Positions 28,401 to 38,497 of a stretch of DNA of 64,000 nt are shown here, one piece after another. Each line of letters opens with the position of its first letter. The stretch's first letter is position 1. Below the pieces are notes generated by a model, which did not search any database, was not told the origin of the DNA, and was given only the letters and a program-made list of their open reading frames with translations. Position numbers and translations under genes: made by a program. This DNA is from an uncultured Candidatus Saccharibacteria bacterium (GTDB lineage Bacteria > Patescibacteriota > Minisyncoccia > Phycocordibacterales > UBA9973): contig CAZYIA010000001.1 of the NCBI GenBank assembly GCA_964646765.1, positions 1,334-65,333 of the forward strand. The letters run 5' to 3'.

Positions 28401-29132
28401 GCTGTCGTTTCTCACGCAGATGGCGAAGTAATCGAAATCAAAGGTGAAGGCCGCGACAAAGTTCTTGTTGTGCTCAATGACACGAAGGGAGACAAGAAAT
28501 CAAACACCGTTGAATATCCAATTCCATTCCGCCGAAATCCGCTCGTAAAATCTGGCGACCGCGTTCTTTCTGGTCAGATCCTTACTGACGGTTCAGCTGA
28601 TATCAACGAAGTATTTAAGTACGGTGGCCGAGAAGCTGCAGAAGAATACATCGTTCGAGAAATCAACAAAGTGTACGAACTCCAGAGTGCATCAATTTCT
28701 CGTAAGCACATTGAAATCATCATTCGCCAAATGTTCTCACGCCGACGCATTAAGGATGCCGGTGATACCGACTTCTCACCAGGTGAGGTTGTTGAAAATG
28801 TTGAATTGATGGACGAAAACAAGCGCGTTTCTCTTTCAAACACTGAAGAAGCAAAAGCTGATGAAATCGTACTTGGTATTTCTGAAACTGCTCTTACTAC
28901 AAAGAGCTGGCTCTCCGCGGCATCGTTCCAAAATACAAACCGCGTGCTCATTTCAAACGCGATTCGTGGTGGTATTGATCGTCTCCGTGGTCTTAAGGAA
29001 AACGTTATCATTGGCCGCTTGATTCCGGCTGGTACTGGTTTTCCAAATTCACCGACAGCCGCTCGTGTGCAGGTAGAAAAGAAACCCGTCATCACTCCTA
29101 CAGAAGAAGTTACTGAAAAAGTCGAAGCGTAA
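25467..29132 (+). CDS. rpoC: RNA polymerase beta' subunit
   Basis: Zn finger, [36 protein letters not shown]. Confidence 0.99.
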   Translation: MGKVIDTTDFDFITLSLASPERIREWSYGEVTKPETINYRTGRSERGGLFDERIFGPEKDYECYCGKYRRIRYKDIVCEKCGVEVTRSIVRRERMGHIELASPVAHIWFLRGVPSRMSILMNITVSDLEKVIYFAGYIITKVHEDEKATVIKDLESEFKAKVKSAQDDETKEKLKTLLQSTKREINEIYEGRVLNEIQYHHFSLKYGTCFEASIGAEAIFNLFKNLDLKRLKDITEASIEKAGNLEREKLEKRLSVIRSMMHASIRPEWMFLTVIPVIPPALRPMVALDGGRHATSDLNDLYRRVINRNNRLKKLKEIGAPDVILRNEKRILQEAVDALIDNSIASQNDSQAMSQSQRRALKSLSDNLKSKQGLFRQNLLGKRVDYSGRSVIVVGPTLKLSQCGLPKHMALELFRPFVISKLIEREFAFNIRGANRLIEEGVPEVWAILEEVTKGKYVLLNRAPTLHRLGIQAFTPVLIEGNAIQVHPLVCSAFNADFDGDQMAVYVPLSDEAQAEARELMASNKNLLKPQSGEPIVNPSQDIILGCFWMTKEVKGDKGEGMLFSSPNEAITAYDFGMVSFRAKIKVLPTEKPKYAPFNGLPFETTIGRLLFNSVLPEDFPYLNEEITKKRMSNLVDDLILRHGIDGTPDILDKIKNFGYRYATRSGTTFGMDSVRIPEGKPALIAAARKEEEEIISQYNDGLLSKEEKYEKVIEIWERAKKDVEKLIPETLAKAGSVNDMVTSGARGSVGQVTQMAGMKGLIINTQGRTIEFPVIPSYKEGLSPIEYFIITHGSRKGLADTALNTAKAGYLTRRLVDVAQDVVVTEEDCGTKEGKWATADNVLGIEISLTKNLRGRVLAADLKDAKGETMFKRGTLLSKDDASKVEKAGIEKAYIRTPLTCKLHHGICRQCYGLDLGRNKLVELGEAVGIVAAQAIGEPGTQLTLRTFHAGGVAQVDITQGLPRVEEIFERRTPKSPAVVSHADGEVIEIKGEGRDKVLVVLNDTKGDKKSNTVEYPIPFRRNPLVKSGDRVLSGQILTDGSADINEVFKYGGREAAEEYIVREINKVYELQSASISRKHIEIIIRQMFSRRRIKDAGDTDFSPGEVVENVELMDENKRVSLSNTEEAKADEIVLGISETALTTKSWLSAASFQNTNRVLISNAIRGGIDRLRGLKENVIIGRLIPAGTGFPNSPTAARVQVEKKPVITPTEEVTEKVEA

Positions 29133-29139
29133 GTTAGTT

Positions 29140-29165
29140 GCGAGCGATTCTAAAGAATCGCTCGC
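29140..29165. other. Strong intergenic hairpin without a U-tract between rpoC and dnaG
   Basis: GCGAGCGATTC-TAAA-GAATCGCTCGC. Confidence 0.7.
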
Positions 29166-29174
29166 CAAGGCTTC

Positions 29175-30926
29175 GTGTCTACGCCCGTAGAAACAATTAA
29201 AGAACGCCTTTCGATCGACGAAGTTATTGGCTCGTACGTTAAACTTGAACGCTCGGGCCAAAACTTCAAGGCTCGGTGCCCATTTCATAACGAAAAGACG
29301 CCGTCGTTTTATGTATCGCCAAATCGTGGCGGATACTACTGTTTTGGATGTGGTGCAAAGGGGGATATCTTCACATTCGTAGAATCGTTTGAAGGTCTCG
29401 ACTTTAAGGGAGCATTGAAAGTGCTCGCCGACCGAGCAGGTGTAGAGCTAAAGCCAGAGAAGCCGGGAGCAAAGGACGAACGCGACAGACTCTTTGCCAT
29501 CATGGAAGCAGCAACTCAGTACTTTGAGTCAGCGCTTACTCGAGTAAACGATATTCAAGCGTATATCAAGGATCGCGGCCTTCATGAAGACACTATAAAA
29601 AGTTTTCGCATAGGCTACGCACCGGAAGGCTGGCGGAATCTCGCTGATCATTTACAGAGTCTCGGCTACTCGCTTAAAGAGCTTGAAGAAGCTGGTTTGG
29701 CGAAACGGGTTAGCGGAGAAGGCACAAAAGAAGATCGTATTTATGATCGTTTCCGTGGCCGCGTTATGTTTCCGATTAGCGATAGTTCTGGCCGCATCAT
29801 TGCATTTTCTGGCCGCATCGTGAAAGATGATGGTACAAGTGCGAAGTATTTAAATTCTCCAGAAACGCCACTCTTCGATAAATCGAGTACGTTGTATGGT
29901 TTAGATCGTGCTAAAGAGACTATTCGACGCTTAGGTTATGCCATTTTAGTCGAAGGCCAATTCGATCTTGTGCTTGCCCATCAAACGGGGACAAAAAATG
30001 TAGTGGCTGCTTCAGGTACAGCCCTTACTGATGACGAAGGCGAAACTGGCAGTCGCGGCGTGGCAAACATGAAAATGATTGCTCGTCTCTGCAAGAATGT
30101 TGTGCTCTCGTTTGATGGAGACAGTGCTGGTATTAGAGCTACCTATCGTGGAGTGCGACTGGCTTGGATATTAGGTATGGACACCAAAGTAGCGCTTTTG
30201 CCAGAAGGCAAAGATCCTGCAGATGTCATCCGTGAAGGTGGAGATACCTGGCAAAAAGTTCTTCGTACCACAAAGCCAGCTCTAGAATTTTTTACTAGCC
30301 GTATTCGTGCAGAATCTTCCGACGACCGCGTATACCACAAACGAGTTCGTGACGAACTTTTATCCCTCGTGGCTTTACTTCCTTCGGCTATCGATCAAGA
30401 GCACGCATTAAAAACACTTGAGCGCGAAACAGGAGTAAATGCCGAATCATGGAAACATGATTTAGAGCAGATCGTTCGTGAACCTCGTCCCGTTGGGGTG
30501 GTGCAAACCGAACGTCTCGAAGCGCCACGATTTACTCGGGCAAGTGACAGACTCTTCGGTCTCATTGCCTGGCAGAAAAGTGTACAGAGTCCAGTCATTA
30601 ACCCAGAGATGTACGAAAAAAAGATTATTGAAACTGTAGGTGAAGAAACATTTAAAAAACTTCGCGACGCAGTATCTGATAGAACTGAAACTCTCATTTT
30701 TGAAGCCGAAGCTGCATTTGCTGATACTGCTCAGATAGCTATAGAAGCCGACATGCTCACCGGGTTACTTACAGAAGAAGTTATTAGAGATGAAATTAGG
30801 GCTTTAACTCCTGAAGTACGACGAGCCGAAACGAATCATGACCCAACGTTACCAGCCCTTTTAGAGAAACACCGAACGCTAACTGATAGGCTCGAGAGCG
30901 AGCGAAGGAAGCGTCACGGAGCATGA
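29175..30926 (+). CDS. dnaG: DNA primase
   Basis: CPFHNEKTPSF, CFGC, KYLNSPET, VEG..D, FDGDSAG, KDPAD; GTG start. Confidence 0.97.
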   Translation: MSTPVETIKERLSIDEVIGSYVKLERSGQNFKARCPFHNEKTPSFYVSPNRGGYYCFGCGAKGDIFTFVESFEGLDFKGALKVLADRAGVELKPEKPGAKDERDRLFAIMEAATQYFESALTRVNDIQAYIKDRGLHEDTIKSFRIGYAPEGWRNLADHLQSLGYSLKELEEAGLAKRVSGEGTKEDRIYDRFRGRVMFPISDSSGRIIAFSGRIVKDDGTSAKYLNSPETPLFDKSSTLYGLDRAKETIRRLGYAILVEGQFDLVLAHQTGTKNVVAASGTALTDDEGETGSRGVANMKMIARLCKNVVLSFDGDSAGIRATYRGVRLAWILGMDTKVALLPEGKDPADVIREGGDTWQKVLRTTKPALEFFTSRIRAESSDDRVYHKRVRDELLSLVALLPSAIDQEHALKTLERETGVNAESWKHDLEQIVREPRPVGVVQTERLEAPRFTRASDRLFGLIAWQKSVQSPVINPEMYEKKIIETVGEETFKKLRDAVSDRTETLIFEAEAAFADTAQIAIEADMLTGLLTEEVIRDEIRALTPEVRRAETNHDPTLPALLEKHRTLTDRLESERRKRHGA

Positions 30927-30958
30927 TATACTCTCGTTACTAACTAACCCATAAAAAT

Positions 30959-32251
30959 ATGCCGAGTAAAGCAAAGAAGAAAACAACTAAAAAAGCCCTT
31001 AAGAAAAAGCCTATCCTCAAAAAGAAGGTTTCTAAGAGTGTACCTAAAAAGGGCGGAGCCGCTAAAAAACTGATCGAAAAGCGCCGGGCGGCTGTTAAGA
31101 AAGTAGCACCTAAAAAAGTGGCTACTCCAAAAGCAAAGGCTGTAAAGCCAGAGAAACCAGTAAAACTTACTGCCGCAGAAAAGAAAGCAAAAGAGTTTGA
31201 GGCACGTGCCCAATCGCTTATTGAAAAAGGTAAAAAGCGTGGTTTTATTACCTATGACGAAATTTTAAAAACATTTCCTGACATTGAGAATAACATTCTC
31301 TTTTTGGATGAACTGTACGAAAAATTCCAAGTAGCAGGTGTTGATATTTTAGAAGGTGGTAACCTGCTCGACGTTGATATTGATGCAAAAGAACTCAAAC
31401 TTGGTAAGGAATCAAGCCAATATGATTCAATCCAAATTTATCTCAAAGAAATTGGCCAGTATCCACTTCTTACTGCTGCCGATGAGCGCGAACTCGCAAA
31501 GCGTATTGAAGCAGGGGACTTAGAAGCAAAAAACTTGCTTGCCCGTGCTAACCTCCGTTTGGTGGTTTCGATTGCTAAAAAATATGTTGGTCGCTCTTCT
31601 GATCTTACGCTGCTCGACCTCATTCAGGAAGGTAACCTCGGTCTTTTTAAGGCGGTAGAAAAATTTGACTGGTCTAAAGGTTTCAAATTCTCAACCTATG
31701 CAACCTGGTGGATTCGCCAGTCTATTACCCGCGCACTTGCTGACCAGAGCCGTACTATCCGTATTCCAGTTCACATGGTAGAAACCATTTCGAAATATAA
31801 ACAGGTATATCGTCGTCTCTCCCAAGACCTTGGCCGCGATCCACTCCCAGAGGAAATCGCTACCGAAATGGGTATTGAAGTAGAAAAGGTGCATGTAATT
31901 GAAAACATCAACCAAGATACCGTTTCGCTTGAACAGCCAATTGGTGACGATGATGAAAAATCTACTCGTGGTGAATTTATCGCTGACGACAAAATTCTCC
32001 GCCCTGATCAGGAAGCTTCTCGCCGTATCTTACAAGACCAAATCCGCGAAGTGCTCGGTGAGCTTTCACCAAAAGAACAACGCATTCTTGAAATGCGCTA
32101 CGGTCTTCATGATGGCGTACAGCACACCCTTGAAGAGGTAGGTCAAGAATTCGGTGTAACCCGTGAGCGTATTCGCCAAATTGAGGCAAAAGTACATGAA
32201 AAGCTCCGTAATAACGAGAAAATTCAGCGCCTGAAGAATTACTTCGACTAG
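30959..32251 (+). CDS. rpoD: Primary sigma factor with Lys-rich N-terminal extension
   Basis: [43 protein letters not shown]. Confidence 0.97.
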   Translation: MPSKAKKKTTKKALKKKPILKKKVSKSVPKKGGAAKKLIEKRRAAVKKVAPKKVATPKAKAVKPEKPVKLTAAEKKAKEFEARAQSLIEKGKKRGFITYDEILKTFPDIENNILFLDELYEKFQVAGVDILEGGNLLDVDIDAKELKLGKESSQYDSIQIYLKEIGQYPLLTAADERELAKRIEAGDLEAKNLLARANLRLVVSIAKKYVGRSSDLTLLDLIQEGNLGLFKAVEKFDWSKGFKFSTYATWWIRQSITRALADQSRTIRIPVHMVETISKYKQVYRRLSQDLGRDPLPEEIATEMGIEVEKVHVIENINQDTVSLEQPIGDDDEKSTRGEFIADDKILRPDQEASRRILQDQIREVLGELSPKEQRILEMRYGLHDGVQHTLEEVGQEFGVTRERIRQIEAKVHEKLRNNEKIQRLKNYFD

Positions 32252-32290
32252 GCTTGCATATTTTTTAGGCCCATGCTTAACTAGAACTAC

Positions 32291-32365
32291 ATGATTACTT
32301 ATAAGCACAACGCAATCCCTTGTCTTCCACCTACCACCGCGGAGGGTTGTCCTTTGTGCTTGTAA
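32291..32365 (+). CDS. Pro-containing leader peptide MITYKHNAIPCLPPTTAEGCPLCL
   Basis: 4 Pro codons (CCT, CCA CCT, CCT) overlapping the attenuator hairpins upstream of the ProC-like gene. Confidence 0.65.
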   Translation: MITYKHNAIPCLPPTTAEGCPLCL

Positions 32366-32428
32366 GAAATTTCTAACTTCGAGCCTAGATGAGAGCCCTC
32401 CGCAGAACACGGAAGGCTCTTTTCTTTT
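32298..32428 (+). promoter_or_regulatory. Attenuator (protector/antiterminator/terminator)
   Basis: 1:2 = 32298-32320/32343-32366; 2:3 = 32339-32348/32394-32403; 3:4 = 32391-32421 followed by TTCTTTT. Confidence 0.8.
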
Positions 32429-32471
32429 ATATTCAAATAATCTAATCATTAACCAACTAAAAAGCTGAATT

Positions 32472-33560
32472 ATGAAACCAAGCAACAACCAACCGTATTT
32501 CTTTGCCGTTATTGGAACAGGCAAACTCGCAAAAGCATTTGCAATCTTCTTTGTTTTTTTACTTAGTAAAAAACAACGTAAAAACGTTCTATTTATTGGA
32601 CCGCAGAAAACTTCTAACCTGGACTACTTTAAGAAATTGGGTTTTTCCGTTTCAAACGACTACCAATTAGTGGCCAATGTTCGGTCGGTAGTGATAGCTG
32701 TTGCCCCCGGTGGTATTGGAGACGTCCTGTTTGCTCTGAAGTACGCCCAATTACAACCAGACTTTGACCAGTATTTTGTGGTCATTGTTTCTGGAGTGCG
32801 TAAAGCACCATTTACCGAGGAGGCAGGCATTAACCGCCATAAGTTAATTATCGCTACTACCGACACCAATATTTCTTCCGGCAACGGTTTGATGGTAATG
32901 AATGGTGAAGGCACCAGCCCATACTTTCAGCGTGCGCAAGAAGAAATGAAAATGTTTGGAACCGTACAAGCAACGAGTCCAACTAAGGTGCGCAAATCAA
33001 TTACATTTGTTGGCTCCTGGGCTGCATTTAACGCAAAAGACCTATGGGTAAGTTATATTACTTCTGGTGTTACTTGTAGTTTTACCGATTGGCTATTTGA
33101 ACTTTACGAACGGTATGATGAAATTATTAATGCAAAAAAAATAATACCAGAATACGCAGGAGTACAGCAGTATATCCGTGCAATGGTTCCAGTATTAAAA
33201 CGATTCGGCTATCGTAACCACGACAGAACTCGTACTGCTTTCAACCACATTACTAAAATTCTTTTTAATACCGTACTAACCTTTCTTGCAGAAGGAGTTA
33301 CCGATGAGGAAGGAGTACGCCTGTATATAGAAAGAGTAGCAAGTAAAGATGGTTGCACTGAGAGGGGTATTGGAAAGATTAATACACCAGCTGATTTTGC
33401 TTCACCAACTTTGTTAACTACTACCGGTCTTACTATTAACCAGGTAGTAAAAGATGTATTTCCAGTTCGGGTTTCTGAATCAATAGAAGAAGCTCGTAAA
33501 AAAGATGGAGGACATATAGTTCACAAAGAACTTGCCAGGGGTAACTACCCATTAACTTAA
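32472..33560 (+). CDS. Divergent pyrroline-5-carboxylate reductase-like protein
   Basis: IGTGKLA Rossmann motif, IAVAP (AVKP), VSGV (AAGV), VGSWAAF (SGSGPAY), VASKDGCT (VTSPGGTT) in ProC order. Confidence 0.7.
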   Translation: MKPSNNQPYFFAVIGTGKLAKAFAIFFVFLLSKKQRKNVLFIGPQKTSNLDYFKKLGFSVSNDYQLVANVRSVVIAVAPGGIGDVLFALKYAQLQPDFDQYFVVIVSGVRKAPFTEEAGINRHKLIIATTDTNISSGNGLMVMNGEGTSPYFQRAQEEMKMFGTVQATSPTKVRKSITFVGSWAAFNAKDLWVSYITSGVTCSFTDWLFELYERYDEIINAKKIIPEYAGVQQYIRAMVPVLKRFGYRNHDRTRTAFNHITKILFNTVLTFLAEGVTDEEGVRLYIERVASKDGCTERGIGKINTPADFASPTLLTTTGLTINQVVKDVFPVRVSESIEEARKKDGGHIVHKELARGNYPLT

Positions 33561-33580
33561 TTACTAACCAGCAGTAAACG

Positions 33581-33617
33581 AAAAATGCCCCTGCTTTTCA
33601 AGCCGGGGCATTTTCTT
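33581..33617. terminator. Bidirectional terminator
   Basis: AAAAATGCCCC.GCTT / AAGC.GGGGCATTTT between convergent genes. Confidence 0.85.
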
Positions 33618-33625
33618 GTCTCTAC

Positions 33626-34366
33626 CTATTTCATTTTAAAGAGACTTCCCATACCACCAGATTTGTGGAGGAGCTCTTCAATCACACCAGTTACTGTTGA
33701 GTAGGAAACAGCACCAGGAATAGCATATTGTTTACCATCTGGAGCGATAACGAGGATAAATGGTGTACCCTGAACACCAACAGCATTACCATCCTCAACA
33801 TCTTTCTGAACCTTTGAAAGGAGTGAGGTATCTTTCATACACGTATCAAACTTTGCCTCATCAGCACCAGCTTGTACTGCGAGCTTTGGAAGTTGTGCTG
33901 GATCAAGACCGTTGTTTGATGGGGTAACTGCAAAAACTGAGTTTACGAATTTCCAGAAACCTTCATTGCCAAGCTGCGCAGCCACACATTCAGAAGCCAA
34001 TGCTTCATTACGAGCTTTGGGGTGGAGAGAATCGAGAGGGAAGTGGCGATATACCCAACGTACTTTTGTACCGTAATCTTTCATCACAACTTCCATTGTT
34101 TGATGAAAACGCTTACAAAATGGACACTCAAGATCAGTGTACTCAATGAACGTAAGTGGGGCGTTAGCTCCACCCAGAGAGTAGTCTGTAGCATCTACAG
34201 CACGGGCTGGAACGTTAATTGGATTTTGAGTAATCTGGGCTATCTGCTGAATAATATCAGGATCCTTAATTTCGGTTCCTTTTGAGACATTGCTCGCATA
34301 AATTGCACCGGCAATAAGGAGGCCAGCAACAACAATAGCGGCAGGAATACTAAGGCGATCGCTCAT
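33626..34366 (-). CDS. Membrane-anchored DsbA-family thiol-disulfide oxidoreductase
   Basis: EYTDLECPFC, RHFPL..H, GVQGTP. Confidence 0.92.
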   Translation of the reverse strand: MSDRLSIPAAIVVAGLLIAGAIYASNVSKGTEIKDPDIIQQIAQITQNPINVPARAVDATDYSLGGANAPLTFIEYTDLECPFCKRFHQTMEVVMKDYGTKVRWVYRHFPLDSLHPKARNEALASECVAAQLGNEGFWKFVNSVFAVTPSNNGLDPAQLPKLAVQAGADEAKFDTCMKDTSLLSKVQKDVEDGNAVGVQGTPFILVIAPDGKQYAIPGAVSYSTVTGVIEELLHKSGGMGSLFKMK

Positions 34367-34451
34367 AGATAGATGTTTTAAAAATTACGAATAACACTTC
34401 CCGTGATTAGGGTAGGGTAAGTATAGCATGGCGCCATGAAGCAAAAAGCAA

Positions 34452-35309
34452 CTACCAATCAAGGTTTATCTTTTCAAAAAGGTTATCCTTTTGAATATAG
34501 AGAACGCTACCTTTAACGATGAAAAGAAGATTTTTACCTGAGATGAGTTTTGACTCGTTGTGGCCTCCATAGCGGTCGATTTCGCTCACGTAAATGCCAT
34601 CATCTTTGGCGAGGATAACAATGTCGTTACGATTTGGGAAAAAGTCAAAACTAGTTTCAGTTGGAACACCTCGAGCGATAGCTGAAACTAAAGAGCAAAC
34701 CCCAGGAGCATCACAAAAATAATGCGGAAGAGTATTTTCGCTGCCAGTCCATTCACCATAGATACTGTCGCCAAATTGGAAAATATGCGTTTTATCTTGA
34801 GTGTGTTCTTTCATAACTGGAGAGGAAGTGATTTCTCCAGAAACAGGGTCACGCACTGGGATAAACAGTTTTCGAGTTGTTGTGTATTCAGGGTTCGTAA
34901 GTAGGTGGCCATTCTCGTCAGTGATTTTTTGAGGTATTTCTGTAATTTCGGGTTCTAACGGAATTTGAAATGGGTGAACATCGGTTACTTTTCCAGCAAC
35001 CACCGGGACATCTTTCTCCCAGCTAGAAAAATTTTCTCGAGCAAAGAGCACACGATACGTTGTAGGAGTAAAACCTTGGCTGAGTGAGTCAGTAGTAACG
35101 TAGGGAGTAGTAAGGCTACCTCCTGAAATAGTTGTTACACCTTTAATATTTTCTCGATGAATATAAATACCACCAGTCTCAACTAATCCTTGCTTTTGCG
35201 ACAGTCGAAAACCAGAGACGTAGAGAAATAGCACTGGAAGGATAACAATGAAAATTGCGATAGCAATACCTAAAAGTGCTGCACGTTTTGTAGAAGTAAG
35301 TGGTTCCAT
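34452..35309 (-). CDS. Membrane-anchored extracellular protein (PEGA-like domain)
   Basis: TM helix followed by G.R...ETGGIYI...WEKDV.V..G.VT pattern. Confidence 0.6.
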   Translation of the reverse strand: MEPLTSTKRAALLGIAIAIFIVILPVLFLYVSGFRLSQKQGLVETGGIYIHRENIKGVTTISGGSLTTPYVTTDSLSQGFTPTTYRVLFARENFSSWEKDVPVVAGKVTDVHPFQIPLEPEITEIPQKITDENGHLLTNPEYTTTRKLFIPVRDPVSGEITSSPVMKEHTQDKTHIFQFGDSIYGEWTGSENTLPHYFCDAPGVCSLVSAIARGVPTETSFDFFPNRNDIVILAKDDGIYVSEIDRYGGHNESKLISGKNLLFIVKGSVLYIQKDNLFEKINLDW

Positions 35310-35318
35310 TTTTCTCTA

Positions 35319-36929
35319 TTATACATGAGAGAGAGAAATTTTTTTATTATTTCCTCCACGATGTTTTGGGGTAACCCAAAATCCCATGTATTTACCTAAC
35401 AGTAATCGTGTTTGAGCTTCAATGCCTGGGAGCGCGCCAAAGACAACAATTGAGAAGGGTACCAAAAGCCATTCAATAACCATAATTGTTCGAGAAAGGT
35501 AGGGTCGTTTGATGTGTTCCGGAGCTTTTGGTACAAATTGGGAAGCGATAAATGCAGACGATAGAATACCACTCATAGAAAGCACCATCAAAAGCTGGGT
35601 AATGATTGGTAAGTTGTAGGCAAGAGTACTGTGGGCGAAGGTGTAACCGCCGATAACGCCGGGTAGCCAACCAAGGAGGAAAATAAAAATAGGATTTGTA
35701 GCGAGGGCCCAGTAACCGTCAATTTGAATAAGAGCTGTAGAAAGACGTTTCTTTATTGGAATGCGCTTATTTTTAATGAATGAAAAAAGAAGATACGGAA
35801 CATTTTCAGCACCCCACATCCAGCGGCGATGCTGTTTGTACACGTTCTTACAGGTTTCAATGAAGTTTTTTCCCAGATTCGCGTCCATAGAGACTGGATA
35901 GGCCATTGGTGTTACGGTATAGGCACCATTGTAAGCAACATAGGCATTCCAAAAAATTCGAGAGTCATCTGAGACAATGTTGCGCTGCCAGTAACCAAGC
36001 TCAACAAGTGTTTGAAATGAAACTGAGTGTGATGAAAACGTCACTAATTCTTCAGGGCGTTCCTGTTGAATCATTTGCCAAAAGGTTCCCGAAAGAGCAG
36101 GAACACGAGAGAATGGTGGCACATCCCAAATGTTGTTATTGTAAAACGGAATTGGCTGGAAACTTGTTCGATACGGGTTTTTACTGGTTATAAAATGATA
36201 GGCAAGTACATTAAAATATTCTGGGTAAATAACTGAGTCAATATCAAAGGCAGACGCGATAACATCTGTATAGGCAATATGTTTTACATCAAGAATTTGT
36301 TTACGAACTTCCTCGCTCGCGTAAGAAATGTTTGAACCTTTACCTGCAAGTTCACCTGGTACATTACTTGGATGTACCGTAACTAAAAAGTGGCCAAAGG
36401 TGTTGTTAAATTTTTTCTCAGCGTCGTGAGCACGAGTAATCGCATCTGGGCCACCACTTTGCTCTGCGGCAAGTACAACAATAAATTTTGAAAGATCATA
36501 GTGAGCTTTCGTAAGTGATAGTAAGGTATCTTCAATAACTGTCGTTGATTCTGAATGGAAGGGGAGAAGAATGAGATGATAGAGATGCTGGTATGATGTA
36601 CCCTCAAGTTTTTTTTGCCAGTCGGTAGCAAGATTTTTCTTTACCCGGCTATAGTTGTGATGTAAATGGAAAGAGAGGTACGCAGTTTTTAGAAGCCAGT
36701 AGAGATCAAAGGCAATAATAAAAAGTGCTGCACCGCGTGGTGCAAAGTAGGAGATAAGAACCGTACCAAACAGAGTGCCCCAGGTAAGTAAGCCCGGCAG
36801 CATCTCTAAAAAGCGATATAGCCTGCGATCGTTGCCTGTGAGTTCACTTGCGCGCCCGACATGAAAATACGGAGTGTGAATGTACTCCGTGTTCAATGCG
36901 GCTTTATTTTGTAAGGTCGTTTCAGCCAT
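35319..36929 (-). CDS. Processive-type membrane GT2 glycosyltransferase
   Basis: GK..N, DID, SDD, QHRRW (QxxRW); TM helices at both ends. Confidence 0.8.
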   Translation of the reverse strand: MAETTLQNKAALNTEYIHTPYFHVGRASELTGNDRRLYRFLEMLPGLLTWGTLFGTVLISYFAPRGAALFIIAFDLYWLLKTAYLSFHLHHNYSRVKKNLATDWQKKLEGTSYQHLYHLILLPFHSESTTVIEDTLLSLTKAHYDLSKFIVVLAAEQSGGPDAITRAHDAEKKFNNTFGHFLVTVHPSNVPGELAGKGSNISYASEEVRKQILDVKHIAYTDVIASAFDIDSVIYPEYFNVLAYHFITSKNPYRTSFQPIPFYNNNIWDVPPFSRVPALSGTFWQMIQQERPEELVTFSSHSVSFQTLVELGYWQRNIVSDDSRIFWNAYVAYNGAYTVTPMAYPVSMDANLGKNFIETCKNVYKQHRRWMWGAENVPYLLFSFIKNKRIPIKKRLSTALIQIDGYWALATNPIFIFLLGWLPGVIGGYTFAHSTLAYNLPIITQLLMVLSMSGILSSAFIASQFVPKAPEHIKRPYLSRTIMVIEWLLVPFSIVVFGALPGIEAQTRLLLGKYMGFWVTPKHRGGNNKKISLSHV

Positions 36930-36974
36930 TACGATCTTCGTAGTTTACCGTAAATGGTGAAATTTTCAAGTAAT

Positions 36975-37012
36975 AAAAAACTAGCCACCTCAGTATGTCG
37001 AGATGGCTAGTT
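36975..37012 (-). terminator. Terminator of the dipeptidase gene
   Basis: AACTAGCCATCTC / GAGGTGGCTAGTT followed by a T tract on the minus strand. Confidence 0.8.
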
Positions 37013-37030
37013 GTCGCTATATAGTAGCGC

Positions 37031-38497
37031 TTATTCTTCGATTAGTAGTGAAAGTAGTAAATTATAGAACCGGTATACCGAATCGGTATCAACCCATTCT
37101 CTTGTTGTATGAACATCACCCATCGTAGGACCAAAAGATACAATCTCTACACCAGGCATACGTTTGTAAAAAGAAGCACACTCAAGCCCAGCGTGGATTG
37201 TTTTAACTTCAGGTTCACCCCCAAACTGTTCTTTGTATTTACGCTTCAGTAGTGCCAGTAGTTTAGTGTTAAATTGTGGTTCCCATGGCGCGTATTCAGC
37301 AACCACTTCAGTTTCTGCATGTGCTGTTTTGAACAGCGTATTAATTTCTTTTCCCAGTTCGGTAATCTTTGAACTAAGGGAACTTCTAAACATACTGGTA
37401 ATTTTAACGCAGCCGTCTTCCATTTCTACCAGTCCAACATTATTTGATGTCTGAACCATAGTTTTATCTTCTGGTTCCATGCTCATTACACCATCCGGTA
37501 AGTTTGTTAGCAGTTTTAGAAAATCACTTTGTTGGTCGGAGTTCCAGTACTTTTGTGTAGGTTCACCGGTAACCAATTCAATGCTGAACTTTAAACTTTC
37601 GTTTCGGCACAGGTTTCCAGCCTGTTCGGTTAGTAGTGGTATTAAGCTGTTGAATTTCGGTACGTCATTAGTGCGTATCAATATAACTGCCTTTGCCGTA
37701 GAGGGGATGGCATTCATAGCGGTACCACCAGTGAATGAAATAAAACTAAAATCCACACTGCCTTTTAGGTCGGAGAATATTTTTGCCAAAACCTTGATGG
37801 CATTTACGCGGCCTAAGTGTATATCAACGCCAGAGTGTCCACCGGCCAAACCCGATAGCTCAATACTGTAAGTTTTGTAATTAAGTACCGGTTTTACTAA
37901 CTCCAGGTTAATTGAACCAACTACTCTACCTCCACCTGCGCAGCCAACGTATATAATTCCTTCCTCTTCAGAGTCGAGGTTCAGGATACGTTTGCTTTGC
38001 AGAAGGGAATAGTCGAAGTTTTCAGCTCCTACTAAACCTTCTTCTTCGATGGTTGTGTATAGCAGTTCCAGTGGGCCGTGCGGAATAGTTTTGTCAGCCA
38101 TGATAGTCATCATTGCTGCAACACCAATACCGTTGTCGGCTCCCAAAGTGGTATCAGTAGCGGTAAGTATGTTGTCGTTTAGTATAAGTTGGATAGGGAA
38201 CATTTCGGCAACGCTGTCTTCTTTTACACATACCATGTCAGTATGGCTTTGTAAGCACAGTAATGGCAGGTGTTCATAGCCGGAGGAAGCAGGTATGCGT
38301 ACCAGCACGTTGTGCAGGTTATCGCGTATTACTTCCAGCCTTAGCTCGGTAGCTAAGGCAATCAGCATGTCTGCTACAGCAGCTTCATTTTTTGATTTCC
38401 GTGCAATCATGCACAGAGTTACGAAATGCTTCCACAAGTTAATGGGAAGTAGATTGGCGATTACAGCCAGATTGTTTTGGAGGATGTCCTTTTTCAT
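37031..38497 (-). CDS. pepD: Aminoacyl-histidine dipeptidase (M20C)
   Basis: QSHTDMV, TTLGADNGIG, EEEGLVGA, NLDSEE, GGHSG, IHAGLEC. Confidence 0.93.
   Translation of the reverse strand: MKKDILQNNLAVIANLLPINLWKHFVTLCMIARKSKNEAAVADMLIALATELRLEVIRDNLHNVLVRIPASSGYEHLPLLCLQSHTDMVCVKEDSVAEMFPIQLILNDNILTATDTTLGADNGIGVAAMMTIMADKTIPHGPLELLYTTIEEEGLVGAENFDYSLLQSKRILNLDSEEEGIIYVGCAGGGRVVGSINLELVKPVLNYKTYSIELSGLAGGHSGVDIHLGRVNAIKVLAKIFSDLKGSVDFSFISFTGGTAMNAIPSTAKAVILIRTNDVPKFNSLIPLLTEQAGNLCRNESLKFSIELVTGEPTQKYWNSDQQSDFLKLLTNLPDGVMSMEPEDKTMVQTSNNVGLVEMEDGCVKITSMFRSSLSSKITELGKEINTLFKTAHAETEVVAEYAPWEPQFNTKLLALLKRKYKEQFGGEPEVKTIHAGLECASFYKRMPGVEIVSFGPTMGDVHTTREWVDTDSVYRFYNLLLSLLIEE

Noticed and set aside
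22252-29095. Many antisense and alternate-frame ORFs within rpoB/rpoC (and other core genes)
   Set aside because: Shadow ORFs expected from biased codon usage
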